A DNA stretch of 53,313 bases from Octopus sinensis (lineage: Eukaryota): assembly GCF_006345805.1 (NCBI RefSeq), contig NW_021833896.1, positions 1-53,313 of the forward strand, given 5' to 3'. The position numbers were made by a program, and so were the translations under genes. This document shows, piece after piece, positions 38,826 to 52,876 of this stretch. A model generated the notes under the pieces. That model was not told the origin of the DNA. It saw only the letters and a list, made by a program, of their open reading frames with translations, and did no database searches. Position 1 is the stretch's first letter, and each line of letters starts with the position of its first letter.

Positions 38826-39479
38826 AAGGAACATTAGCTGTCGTTAATTCCTATAACGTTGTACATGCGTATACCATAAAGCGATCTTATCAGTAATAAT
38901 AATAATAATAGTTTCAAATTTTGGCACAATGCCCGAAATTTCGAGGGGGGTGCTAAGTCGATTACATAGACTCACAGTGATCAAGCGGTACTTATTTCAT
39001 CGAGTCCAAAAGCATCAATAAATTAAGTACCAGTTGATAATAATAATAAATAACAACTGTTTTCTGATTTGGCAAAGAGTATTCCGATGAAAATTACAGA
39101 CAACACCATACAACTTATGAATTCAGAAGTAATACGTTAGCATATTTAATCTCGCTGAGTCCTATTGAAGTATAGCATTGATTAACCTTACAAAGATAGC
39201 GCAGACACAGTTGATGTTTGAATCCAGAAATAAATCTCACAGAACGAAACGCTGTAAACCATTAGATGTATCTCATACCACTAGCGGCATTCCTCCCATA
39301 TTTACCTCATTTTTGTGAAACCTGTCCCGCATACATACAAAATGCACATACTTTCATACATGGATATACGCATCATACATATTCATACATACATACATAT
39401 GTAATGATATACATGTGTGTTCTGTATATGTCTAATTTATGATTTACACATAGTATTTAAATGTGCGTGTGAACGTGTG

Positions 39480-39498
39480 TATCTGAGTATACGTCTAG

Positions 39499-39551
<53 letters not shown>

Positions 39552-39658
39552 ATATATATATATGTATGCATGTGTGTAATATATACATATAAATATATAT
39601 ATACACATGTACATATGTATATATAGGCACATACGCACACATATATATATATACATGC

Positions 39659-39695
<37 letters not shown>

Positions 39696-39850
39696 ACATA
39701 TATATATATACATATATGCACGCACACACACACCCACTCATATATATATATATATATATAATATATATATATATATATAATTAGTATTAAACATCTGTAA
39801 ATTAGTAATATATATATGTTTGTATGTATGTATGTATGTATGTATATAAA
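39480..39850. repeat. (TA)n/(TATG)n microsatellites
   Basis: Directly visible. Confidence 0.95.
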
Positions 39851-40265
39851 ACACAGAAGAAATATATTTGCGTGCCATTTTCAAAGGGCACTTCTGGAAT
39901 TTCGTTTTAAAATCGAGTCTATTTTGGAAATGGAATTTGAAGTCTTCCAAATGAATATTTCTAACTACCATTTAATATATGCAGGTCACGTGGTGATGTC
40001 ACGTATATTCATAAAGGCAAGAGTCTGGCAAAATTACACGAGTTGCTGGATGAAGTCTCCTTTATTTCAATATTGATTAGGCTTCTCAATCAGAAATATT
40101 CCCTAGTTCGCATTTATTAAACTATTATTGACTTTTTTTTTTGCTTTATCTATTTGTTGTTGTTATTATTGTTTATTTTAACCTAAATTCTCAGCTACAG
40201 TTCTGATCTTACACACCTACTCCTGTCACCCCAAAACACAAAAGACCAAATCGATTCTTTACGAA

Positions 40266-40347
40266 ATAGTAGTTGTAGTAGTGGTAGTAGTAGTGGTAGT
40301 AGTAGTAGTAGTAGTAGTAGTAGCAGCAGCAGCAGCAGCAGCAGTGG

Positions 40348-40399
<52 letters not shown>

Positions 40400-40500
40400 G
40401 GTGGTGATGACGATGACGAGGACAATGATGTTGCTGATGTTGATAATATAAATAACAACAAAACGACTGCAACAACAACAACAATAATGATAATAATCCA
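40266..40500. repeat. Compound trinucleotide (GTA)(GCA)(GAT)(GGT)
   Basis: Directly visible. Confidence 0.95.
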
Positions 40501-41697
40501 TGAAACTAAGTGAAAAGAGTCATTCTAGCGGAAGCTGTGAAGTGATGTGTTCAACACAGAAAATTAATTCCTTCCTTTTTTATTTTTGCTTCTCTCTTTC
40601 CTTCTTTCTTTCTCCTTATTTCTCTATCTGTTATTTTTGTTTGTTTGTTTCTTTCTTTCCTTCAGTATTTGCTTCTTCATTGCATTGCTTCTTTGCTTCA
40701 TTCATCTCTTTTTTTTTTGTTTTTCCTTCTTTCTGCATTTATTTCTTCCCTTCATTTCTTCTTCCTTCTTCATCCTTTCCTTCTTTCATTCATTCATTCA
40801 TTCATTCATTCAATCCTTTTTTCTTTCTTTCTTCTTGTCTTTTATTTGTTTGTTTCTTTCTCTCTGTCTTCCTCCCTCTCTCTATTTCTCCCTTCCCTCT
40901 CCTTCGTTCGTTCGTTCGTTTGTTCGTTCGTTCCTCCCTTCCTTCCTTTAAACCAACATTAAAAAAAAAAAAAACGTTACTTGCGAACCAAGGATGTAAC
41001 GAAAGAACCATTACGGTTATAAATGCTAACAAAGGCAATATAGCCTCGTAATCTTGAAAGGAAGAGATTTTCGCACACAAAGACAATGGCGAATAAAATG
41101 AAAACGAAGAAAATTGGTATGTGCTAGCTGTGTTGTAAAATCCGAAATACAGCAAGTCGATGGTCAATAAACACCAGTTCTCATTTATTGCTCGATAAAA
41201 TAAAAAAAAAAGAAATAAAGAAAAAAAAAAGAAAGAGAAAACAAAAATACACTCAGCAGGTTTAATCCCAAGACCAACCACAAACGAACAATTTTGCACA
41301 AGATGCAAAACAATATAATAGTATTTTATTGCATGAAGGCCTTTGATAATTATGTTTTGCACACTGATGCCAAAGCGATCACTATTGAGAATCGCCACTG
41401 CTAACTCCCATATATAACAGCTCAGTGTATAGGAGACTAAACATTAGCTTAGCTACATAAAGATGAAGGATATGACGTGTTCAGTGAACCATTAAAATTC
41501 AAAAGATACTATCCCGTACTTAGAAGCGTGTAGTGTTTAAATAGCGAGATATAAAAGAAGTATATTAGACAAAGCTTCATTAACGGAGTACAATAGATTG
41601 CATTAGGACTTGGGATAATATTAAGAAGTGGAAAGAATTAATGAAAACACCAGAAAGTTATTAAATCACATACTTTATGTGTATATGTGTATGAGAG

Positions 41698-41739
<42 letters not shown>

Positions 41740-41860
41740 AAACTTGTGTGTGTGTAGTACATACATACGTATATACACATACATACGTATGTATGTACGT
41801 ATGAATGTATGTATGTATATATGTATGTAGGTACTTATATGAATACTCATGTCGTTTATC

Positions 41861-42712
41861 TTTTATTTCATCCAGTCATTGGACTGCGGCCATGCTGGAG
41901 TACCGCCCTGGAGGGTTTTAGTTGAACGAATCGACACCGTTTCTCATATTTTAAGGCCTGGCGCTTATTCTATCCCTTTTCCAAACCATTAAGTTATTGG
42001 GACGTAAATGCACGATCACCGGTCAAGTGGTGGTGAGGGAAAAGCACAATGACACACACACACACACACACAAGTAAACACACACACAAGCACACACACA
42101 CACAAGTAAACACACACACAAGCACACACACAAGCACACGCACACACAACTAACCAAACAGATAGACCCTGAAGAAGGTGCACTGAAAATCGTGCCAGGC
42201 TGCAACTACAACTACCCGTAATCTATACAGTGAAAGCACGTAAGTCATAATGGTCATAAAAATATGCTGTATAAAATGGCAAGATAAGAGCGAATAAAGT
42301 CTCCATGTTCTATATCGTTATAATTACTGCTGATATATATTCCAGGCAATATTACCGTCCATTGAAGCGAACACAGAATTACCCATTGGAGAAATTTACA
42401 AAGTGACTAACAACTAATAGTAGTCATAGGCGTTAAATACTGATCGATATAGAGTTATCTGTAACATGGAATATAACTAAGAGTCACCACAGTATCCATC
42501 TGGATGAAATATCCCTCCAAACTCACCCCCCCCCCCCACACATACATACGACGGACTTCTTTCAGTTTCCGACTGTTAAATCTGCTCACAAGGCTTTTGT
42601 CGGCCCGGAGCTATAGCAGAATACATTTGCCTAAGGGTCCACGCAATGAGACTGAACTCGGAAGTACGCGCATAGGAAATAAACGTCTTACCACGCAGCC
42701 ACGCCTGCGCCT
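41861..42712 (-). mobile_element. SINE B halves (5' at 42546-42712, 3' at 41861-42040) separated by about 500 bp
   Basis: Both halves are in the same orientation and correct order; may be one interrupted copy. Confidence 0.6.
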
Positions 42713-42825
42713 GCTGAATGTTTTACAGGTATCACAGGGAGGATTAAAACCATTTTTCTGTTGTCAACTATAAAACTGTGTCCTTTGACACTTAGCTAAT
42801 TGTTCTGTCGCAAGACGTAATATTG

Positions 42826-43037
42826 TTTTCAAATTTTGGCACGAGGCCAGAAATTTCAGCGGGGTGGGTAAATCGATTGCATCGACCTCAGTGCACAACC
42901 AGTGCTTGTATTCTCGACTCCGAAACGATAAAAGGTGAGATGGACCTCGGCGGAACTTGAACTCGGAACATATAGATGGACTAAATGCTGGTAAGCATTT
43001 AACCGGCGTTCTCACGATTCTGCCAGCTCGCCGCCTT
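42826..43037 (-). mobile_element. SINE A
   Basis: Head, core and tail. Confidence 0.85.
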
Positions 43038-44293
43038 CGCAAGGCATAATATCACTTACATTTAATTTAATTTAGAGTTATTTACTCTGAAGAGATGCAT
43101 ACAGACAATACCTCTTGACCACTTTGTCTTCTACATATCACAGCTACAACTATTGCCACTATATCTATGTGTGTGTGAGTGTGTGTGTATGTGTGTGAGT
43201 GTGTGTGTGAGTGTGAGTGTGTGTGTACAAACATATAGACATATGGATGTGTGTATGTGAGAAAACAGAAAGAGGAAACAGCAAAGGTTCGTGTCCCAGC
43301 GGGGTGATTACTGTTGGAACTGTCATTCGTATCATCATTATGAATGCAGCCAGACTTTGTTTCAAACAAGTATGAACCAAACGTGTATGTGTAAATGTGT
43401 GTATACATGCATACACACATGGAACTTCATAATCATACACATGTATATGTATATATAAAATTATATGTATATACATGTATACGCACACACACACATATAC
43501 ACACACACACACACATATATATCTATATCTATCTATATATATATGAGTATGTATGTATCTATGTATGTATGTAATCATGTATGTGCGTATAAATAGTATT
43601 TACAGAAATGCATGCAATATTTATGTATCGACAGAAGTGAAATAAACAAAACATAAAAGATCAGTGTTGCTATGAATAATAACATCGTTTTCCAAATTGA
43701 TGCACTTTGCATCGTTGCCAGACTGTCATTTTGTTTCATATTCAAAATGTCAACCAACGTTCACCAGGAAGCTCTACGTAGTCTCTGGTGATTTTCTCTT
43801 CTCGCCAGGCGTTCGGTCAAATAGACTCTAAAAGTATCTGTCAGCCAATGTTGTATGACGAATTTGGCAACTGAATCTCCTTCAAGGACAGTCTATATAT
43901 TTGTGTATGAAAAATTACGAAAGAGACACTTTAGTGATCCTCTCTGCACAGAACCACCTTAAAAACTTATGAATTCTGATATAACATATGACCACAGAAA
44001 GTCAGAGATGGAATCTCTGTTGTCGGTCTGTCTGTTTGACATAGGGACCAAAGCTCCTTCAAATCATATTGTATCATCTTAAATAAGAGAGTCATGTTAA
44101 ATAATACAGTAGAAGGTAGGCTGTGACTAAAAGTTATGGATGATCGTGGTTTAAATGTTTTTGTTCGGAGTTGAGTCGGGGTTCAACAAAATGATAATGG
44201 CATCTAGGTTGGATATTTTGGGAGCAAGGTATAATCGACGGAGATGAAAGAGAAAATTGGAAAAGAATACAACTGAATAGTCAGATCAATGCC

Positions 44294-44505
44294 GGTTTCA
44301 AATTTTGGCACAAGTCCAGGAATTACGGGGAAGGGTGTAAGTGGATTGTATTGACCCCAGTGTGCGACTGGTACTTATTTTATCGACCCCGAAAGGATGA
44401 AAGGCAAAGTCGACCTCAGTGGAATTTGAATTCAGAACGTAAAGACGAACGAAATGCCGCTAAGTACTTTGTCCGGCGTGCTATCGATTTTGCCAGCTTG
44501 CCGCC
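44294..44505 (-). mobile_element. SINE A, well preserved
   Basis: Head, core and tail. Confidence 0.85.
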
Positions 44506-44519
44506 ATGACAGTAGGATT

Positions 44520-44915
44520 TACTACCAAAATCTTTGCATCATTACTGATGTAGTTTCATCTGCAGACATGAATGTAACGGTCAAAAACAAGATTGAATAG
44601 GAAAATACTAGGATTTGGCCTGGGAATTATGAGGTCTGTAGAAGGTCTGTACAAAAGTAATCCCATCTATTATAAGCGCCCTAAGTACCGTCACCAACAG
44701 CCTTAACAATTCTTCTATTTAGATAGGTGAAACATTCAGAGTTGTATTAATTCAGATGTCTACTCTATTAAGAACAGCAAGGATTACAAGAAGAATCTTT
44801 GATATCTAAGGAAACTGGTTGTGACCCAGTATCGAGGACATTGATTCCAAATACTAAACATTCATGTACACCAAGAATACTACTACGACTACTGAACTAC
44901 TACTAATGAGGATAA
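44520..44915 (+). mobile_element. Second R4/Dong-type fragment: endonuclease C-terminus, 3' UTR and (TAC)n tail
   Basis: CIITDVVSSADMNV...KY*DLAWEL...VIPSIISALSTV...IQMSTLLRTARITRRIFDI*. Confidence 0.75.
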
Positions 44916-44923
44916 TTTATTAA

Positions 44924-45144
44924 TCCCTTGCAGACGGATTTAGTACTGACAGTCTGTGCTGTGTACTGGTATTAGGCCGTCCAGTAACTACATCATCTTC
45001 CACACAAGGAACTTTTACAGAGTATTTACAGATTCTTCTCAGTATGGTATATTTGAAAATACGGTGCAGCACAGAGTGAGACATCGCACTGCTCACACAT
45101 ACGGTGTTTCGATGCGGTCAGTACCGTTTCCCGTCTGCAAGGGG
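44924..45144. mobile_element. piggyBac-type non-autonomous element (MITE), 221 bp
   Basis: TTAA at 44920-44923 and 45145-45148; TIR (T/C)CCCTTGCAGACGG 13/14 identical; subterminal GTACTGAC also inverted. Confidence 0.85.
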
Positions 45145-45972
45145 TTAAATAAGCATTAGTAGATGAGGCCTAGTCAATTGAAATTAAAATGATTCCCACA
45201 ACACGACTTTTGTCTATGTTAACGGCTTGGAATAGAAGAAATGTAACATAGATGTTGGAAAGATTTGATCTTAAAATGTAAAGGGGTCGGTGTCAATAAG
45301 ACGATATACTCTGTGTATTAAAATACACACTCACACATGCAGACATATACATACATATATAAGGGCATATATAAGAGTATGTGTATGTATATTATACACA
45401 TACACACACTACATATATATATATTATATATATCTGTGTATACGTGTGTGTGTGTGTGTGTATGCATACACACACATATTTACGTATAAAAGTCTGTGAA
45501 TGCGTGTGTGCATGTATGTATATATGTTGTGTGCGTAAAGGTGCACTCACACACCCACACACATAGATATCAGATATTTAGGTATGTGCTTGGTATTTTA
45601 AGTTTACTGGATAGGGGTTTTTATTTTTTTTCTTCACTTCCGGAATTCGAATACCGGGCCATGAAATATACACAATGAATGGATATATGAACGCAGAAGA
45701 CAAGAGAGAGAGAGTGGGGGGGGGAGAGAAATGGAAAGAGAGTGAGATAGAGGCAAGCTGTAAAATAGCAAAAAGCAAAGACCCCCCCCCCCAAAAAAAA
45801 CAAAAATCATATGATTACAAGCCTTTAGCATCAACAAATTTGAAATAGGTTAGTTACACAACAGTAGTTATAGCATAAAACAAACGGAAACCCTAGGAAG
45901 TACTTGCCGTGCGTTTTAAATATTCTACTTGATCTCGCAATTCGAACATAATCACACACTGTATGTATCTGC

Positions 45973-46004
<32 letters not shown>

Positions 46005-46710
46005 TTGTGTATATACACACACATATAGATATACACATACACGCGCGCACATACACGTTTTAGTTTACATTTTTTATTAGGATTTTCATTGAGAAACTGA
46101 ATGTTCATGGCTCTTGTAGACATCTCTCGGTCAATATGATACGTGTGTGTGTGTGTGCGTGAAACGGAGAGAGAGAGGGGGGAGAGAGAAAGAGTGAGAG
46201 AGAGATGGAAAGAGAGAAAAAGCTTGCCAAAGTTGCAAGAGAAACTAATTGGAAGCAGACAGCGAACGGAACCTAAACCCTGTGCAGCTCATTCGCCTCT
46301 GGGAAATCCTGGTTCCTGCAGCTCCACTAGTTATACTGAAAACACAGGAAGTGCTTTATAAAAATGCCTGCTGGGTAATAAGTGGAAACAAGCAAGGACA
46401 TTGATATTAACATGTCAATGTGGCAATGCAATAATCCTGACTTTCCACTCTCCACCGCCACTTGTTCGCTACAGCAAACTGTTCCAGCGTGACCAAATTT
46501 GAGAGTGGAATAATGATACAGAAAAATTGGCATCTTTTTTTTTTGTTTGTTTGCTTGAGTTTTTTTTCTTTTGATTTTATTTTGTTTTATCCTTTTTTTT
46601 TGTTTGCTTGCTTGAGTTTTTTTTCTTTTGATTTTATTTTGTTTTATCCTTTTTTTCGTATTTGTTCCTTGTGTATGTATATGTTTGTGTGTGTGTATGT
46701 GTATGGGAAC

Positions 46711-46752
<42 letters not shown>

Positions 46753-48186
46753 GGAAGCCTTAAATATAAAATATGAAAGCCTACATTAGTATCATGTGTT
46801 GGATACTAAATTTGAAAGAAGTCTACTTGGAACTAATACCAACGAGTGTGTGTGCGCGCATATGTATACATACATACATACATACATATATATATATATG
46901 CATACATACAATCCCTCTCTCTCTTTCTCTCGCTCTCGTTCTTTCTCTCTCTCTCTCTCTTTATATATATATACATATGCATACATATAGGCATGTTTGT
47001 GAGTTTGTGTGTCTTTATATGTATATATAGATGTGCATATATGTGTGTGTGCGTGTATGTGCGTGTACATATAAATATATATATATGATCATGCGAACAT
47101 GTGTGCGTATAAATACACACACATACAAGAGCGCATACACACACAGAGACACAAGTACACTCACATATATAATAAAAGTCCGTGTTGCCTAGATCCTCAA
47201 GTTTCCTCTAAAGGCTTCTTGAACTGGTTGAAAAGCCGTTAGGGGAAACTTCAAGTATCAAACAATAGGAACTTTTGCTGTAGAGTTAACTCTATACTCA
47301 GTATTGAGTCACTTCATCGGTGAATATTTCGTTGTCACTCTTAAACTAGTTTCAATATGATAAACTCAATATAATATGTGTATGTAAGGCCTCCCCCACA
47401 CATTCATAATACACATAGCACGGCTGGAATAAATTTTTACTGTTGCCTAATTGAGGTTCTATATTATTGATAAGGGAGAATTATATGAGGTAATTCTTTT
47501 ATATAGAAGACACATGGGACTGACGTTTGGACCGTGGAGAAACTAATTAGCCACATGACTTAAAGCTAATTGAACGTTGCTATAACAGAAGACGTTTTGT
47601 AGAAGCCAAGACTCCAGATTATTTCTTGTACGTAATATTTGCTGATATGTTCCTTCATGGATTACCCCAGAGACTTGCCCAGCAGCCACTTGAGATAAAT
47701 TATATCCGTCATATAATCTGATAGAACGGCTGCTGCAAGCAGAAGACGCTGTTTAGAAGTCAATACTCCGGATCATTCGTAAGATGTTGCATTTGCGGTG
47801 AAGCAATTATAATCATAACGTTTCTTGTCAGTCGCCATTTTGACTGGAAAATATCCGTTGTTCGCGATTTCATTGAATCAATTAAAAAACAAAAAAGAAC
47901 CGGAAAAATTTGAATAAAATTTCCGCCTTAATTTCGTCGTTTATACTTTCTTCTCGTCAGCATCAAATTATATGATGTGTGTCTAAAATAAAAGCATTCT
48001 AAACAAGAGTAAAACAACAATGCTTTATAAATATATTGACAGGGAAATAAAATGGACCCCCAGCTCCAGCTGCCGCAAGAAAATATAGATACAAAACATC
48101 CTAACTTTTGAGTAACAATAGCAATAACAAAACAAACGCTAAATTGATGGTACCACTACTACCGCCATATACATACATACACACAC

Positions 48187-48261
<75 letters not shown>

Positions 48262-48264
<3 letters not shown>

Positions 48265-48342
48265 CTTTTATTTTTTTACTTGTTTCAGTCATTAGACTGC
48301 AGCCATGCTTACGGCACCTGCTTGAAGTGCTTTTAGTCGAAG

Positions 48343-48377
<35 letters not shown>

Positions 48378-48520
48378 GTGTGTGTGTGTGTATACCACGG
48401 GTTTCTTTCAGTTTCCTTTCACTAAATTCACTCACAAGGCGCTGGGCAGTCTAAGGCGATAGAAGAACACACCGAAGGTGTCATGCAATGGGACTGAACC
48501 CGGAATATGTGGTTGGGACA
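48262..48520 (-). mobile_element. SINE B with internal deletion and (TG)n
   Basis: Tail at 48262-48340, head at 48390-48520. Confidence 0.75.
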
Positions 48521-48734
48521 CACACACATACACACACATACATACACACGCAGATAGATTGATAGAAAGATAGATAGACAGATGTGAGCGTATATGTGAG
48601 TAACTTTATCTTGTGTTAATCTCTTTCGTGAACTTGTGTGTATAAATAATGATTGAACGTGTGTACATATATCTACACATGTTTAATCTGTATATACTAG
48701 TGTTAGAGCTTACGTGTGATTTTGCATGCACGCA

Positions 48735-48784
<50 letters not shown>

Positions 48785-49192
48785 TGTGTGTGTGTGTTTC
48801 TACTTGTGTAAAAGAAAAAAATATGAAGAATGTATATATGAATATGAGAGAGAGAGAGAGAGTGAGAGAGATAGAAAGCGGGAGGGTGTGAACTTGACAA
48901 ATATATTTGTATAAAACAGACCACGTCATTGCAGGGAAGGACGTGTATCTGTTGGCAATCTCATTATATTTGTCATTTCTATTGTTGTTGCTTAGTCCTA
49001 CGTCAACATGACTGAGCTATTCTATGACCAAACGCATTCCTACCGTGACCACCCGTATTCTTTGTGTATAACTTGACTGCATTGAACGATGTGTACTTCT
49101 TTTTTAAGAAGACGGTTGAAGTGAGATCTGAAGGAAATAGACTGCTATTTCTAGTTTTAGCAGAGCAAATTTCAAGTGACTCCCTGTTTGCA

Positions 49193-49229
<37 letters not shown>

Positions 49230-49319
49230 TTTATGCCGCATAGCAGTGTGGCTGAGAGAAAATTTCCTTAGAGAAACGTTCTTTATATGCATACTGTATA
49301 TGTGTGTGTGCGCGCGCGC

Positions 49320-49510
49320 GTGTATCTCATCGCTTGACAAACGCTGTTGGTTTGTTTTCATCTCCGTAAGTCAGCAGTTCGGCAAAAGATGTCGATAGAA
49401 TAAGTAGCAAATTTAAAAAATAAGTACTGGTGTCGGTATTTTTCGACCAAGCCTTTTGAGGCTGTGCCCCAGCATGGCCACAGTTCAATGACTGAAACTA
49501 GTAAAAGAAT
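49320..49510 (+). mobile_element. SINE B 3' half
   Basis: Matches 600-777. Confidence 0.8.
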
Positions 49511-49887
49511 AAACAAACGATTTATACATATTCAGGATAAATAAGATGTATATCTGTAGATAAATGTATGTATGTATATACTGATCAATTTTAAGACTCG
49601 GTAGTAATGCTGAAAAGGTTTAATATGATCGGAACATGTGCATTGCCTTCATAGCAGGCTTTAAAGTCAAGCTCCATTAGATCTCCATCGACTCTATTTT
49701 CTAAATATTGCAATTGTCTGATCTTACTACAGTTATATCCCAGTCTGGTTGCTTTAACGATTTTAAGTATCCACAGATTTTGCCTGTGTGTTGTGTAGAT
49801 GATATCAGTTAATCGAAGCTTTTCAGCTTACTAGATTACATATGTGAGAAATTACCCTATATTTATATCAGTGCATGATACTGTGTG

Positions 49888-49927
<40 letters not shown>

Positions 49928-50068
49928 AGTAGTTTTGGTGCCTCTATGTCCGGTATGTGAAGATGAGGGGGAAAACGTGCAGACAGACTACATGTATGTG
50001 TGTGAAACCCTCTGTGTGTGTGTGTGTATGTGTGTGTATGGACGTCTATGTGTTTGTGTGTGTGTATG

Positions 50069-50110
<42 letters not shown>

Positions 50111-50989
50111 ACCAAAGACGTACATATATGTGTGCGTGAGTGTGTGTTTGTGTATGTGTGTGTGTGCGTGCGTGTGTGTGTGTGCTCATGTGTGCGTTTG
50201 CATGTTAGAATCTGTCATTGTCCCCTTCGCAATCCGACTCTCGTTTTATCAGTTTAGCATTATACATACACACAACACACACACACACACACACAACACA
50301 CACACACATATACACGGACTGCAGCACACACGCATACAGATACATACATATATATATATATACATAAATACGTACATACATATATACATGCATGCATATA
50401 CGGCTACCCTTCACAGTTCAGTACACGGAATCTACTCCTACTTACCTCTTCCTTTTCCCTCTCGTAATCCTCCTCTCCTCTCCTTTCCTCTGCTTTCTTA
50501 CCATTTCTTCTCCTTCTCCATCTCCACCCCCTCTCTCTCTCTTGCTACTGTTGTGTACCTCCCCACAACACACACACACACACCCACATGCGAGCGCACA
50601 CTCACACTTACACGCACATACACGTATACACGCAACCACATAACGCAACATGTTTAAACCTCCAACCAAAGTAATGCATCACTCATAGCCACATACACGC
50701 AAAGAAACACACACACACACACACACAAACACGCTCTCCTTTCCTGTCGTTTTAACTTACCCTCTGCCTTTTACATTTCCTTTCTTTTCTTCTCTCCTCT
50801 CTACACACCGCAACCTTTTATTTTGACACTACACATGCGCACACACACACACACACACACGCGCGCGCACACACACGCACACACACACACACACACACAT
50901 ATTATAGTGGGGTAGGCCGCTGCCTACCCCACTATGATATTAACTACTCCACATCTTAGAGTGTGCTTCTCCGGATTTATGTATTTCTC

Positions 50990-51020
50990 CAAACGATAAT
51001 AATAATAATAATAATAATAA

Positions 51021-51075
<55 letters not shown>

Positions 51076-51110
51076 TGTTGTTGTTGTTGTTGTTGTTGTT
51101 ATTATTATTA
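50990..51110. repeat. (ATA)n-(GTA)n-(GTT)n-(ATT)n
   Basis: Directly visible. Confidence 0.95.
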
Positions 51111-51492
51111 TGTCTTCTGCTATAGCCTCGGGCCGACCAAAGCCTTGTGAGTGGATTTGGTAGACGGAAACTGAAAGAAGCCCGTCGTATATATATATCT
51201 ATATGTATATATATATATATATATAATATATATATATATAATATATATATATATATGTATATGTTTGTTGTTTGTGTCTGTGTTTGTCCCCCCCCCCACC
51301 ATCACTTGACAACCGATGCTGGTGTTTCTACGTCCCCCGTCACTTAGCCGTTCGGCAAAAAGAGACCGCTAAAATAAGAACTAGGCTTACAAAGAATAAG
51401 TCCTGGGGTCGATTTTATTCGACTAAAGGTTGTGCTCCAGCATGACCGCAGTCAAACGACTCAAACAAGTAAAAAAGTAAAAGAGTAAAGAG
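51111..51492 (+). mobile_element. SINE B lacking tRNA head, with expanded internal (TA)n
   Basis: Close match to 474-777. Confidence 0.85.
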
Positions 51493-51794
51493 TATATATA
51501 CGCACGCGCACTTACACACACCAACTAACATTCCAATATTCCACATACTAAGATAAGTCTTCATTACATACACGGGTATATATTACTAAAAGCATAAACA
51601 CACATATATACACTGTATACACACATATATACACTACCCAATATACATAGCAACAGGCTCATGCGTTGCAAATTACATACACATACATATCACTACACGC
51701 ATATACATACACCAGACACATAGAACACTCACACACCATATTCCACATACACATTAGAACAACATAACAAACAGGGTAAATATACACGCGTACT

Positions 51795-51995
51795 AAGGTA
51801 GTGAGTTGTTAGAATCGTTATTGCGCCGGTCAAAATGCATGACGGCCTTTCCTCCGGCTCTGTACTGTCTAAGCTCAAATGTCATTCATTCTTTCAGGGC
51901 CGATCAAATAACCCTTCAGTTGAGCACTGGTATTGATGTAACTGACTTACCCACACCCTTCAAATTTTCTGGCCTTGAATCCAAAATTAGAATTA
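51795..51995 (+). mobile_element. SINE A, degenerate
   Basis: Head and tail recognisable. Confidence 0.7.
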
Positions 51996-52045
51996 TACAC
52001 GTGTACCAAAAAAAACGCCTTAACAGAATCACACACACACACACA

Positions 52046-52083
<38 letters not shown>

Positions 52084-52639
52084 ACACACACACACACTCT
52101 CTCTCTCTCTCTCTCACTCTTCCTTTCTCTCTCTCTCACACACACACGCACGCATACACACAACAACACATCGACACAAATCTCAAGTGGTAGCTTCTAC
52201 GTGCGCGTTACTCAATATGCTAGATATGACAACCAAATTTCCTTCAAACCACGCACGAACGTCTTACAAAAGAAGGACATGCTGGATAACGTGCTTCAGA
52301 GTTCTGTAAGCCTAAGAACAAAACGTGCTGGCCACGGCTGGAATATCTTTGATCACAGATCTACTCGATCAGTGTTGATAAAAAAAACAAAAAAAAAAAA
52401 TCAAGCACACATACATTCACACTGACTTACCACAAACACACACACGGTTGCTTGACCTGCTAGAAATAGCAGCCGAATTTCCCGTATATCATTCAATGCT
52501 GTACTAGATACATTACATCAGAAGAAATATACGTGATGGCTAAAATATTTTTGATCATAGGTCTACCATATCAGCACTGACCTAGGGTTAAACAATAACA
52601 AAAAATATGACTACTGTGGTATTACGTCATCTCATCAAA

Positions 52640-52844
52640 CAACATTGGCTCCATTTCCTCTATGCAACTATCACCGAGACACCAATTCCATCACCACTAT
52701 AATCACAGCCACTATTACCATCAATACCATCCACATACTACCACCATGGCAACACCACGACAATTAGCATTACTATTATAACTTACATATTAAAAACTAC
52801 TACCTCTACCACCACCCCACACCAACACCACCACCACCACCACC

Positions 52845-52876
<32 letters not shown>

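Noticed and set aside
40802-41398. 198-aa hydrophobic ORF with GPCR-like snippets
   Set aside because: Largely built from T-rich low-complexity sequence; motifs are out of order.
42168-42192. CTGAAGA...GAAA hammerhead-like string
   Set aside because: Stem II cannot close a loop; no stem I or cleavage triplet.
43575-43757. Signal-peptide-like ORF as first exon of the CUB-like gene
   Set aside because: Its donor (phase 1, T) joined to the 36118 acceptor creates TAA; no other support.
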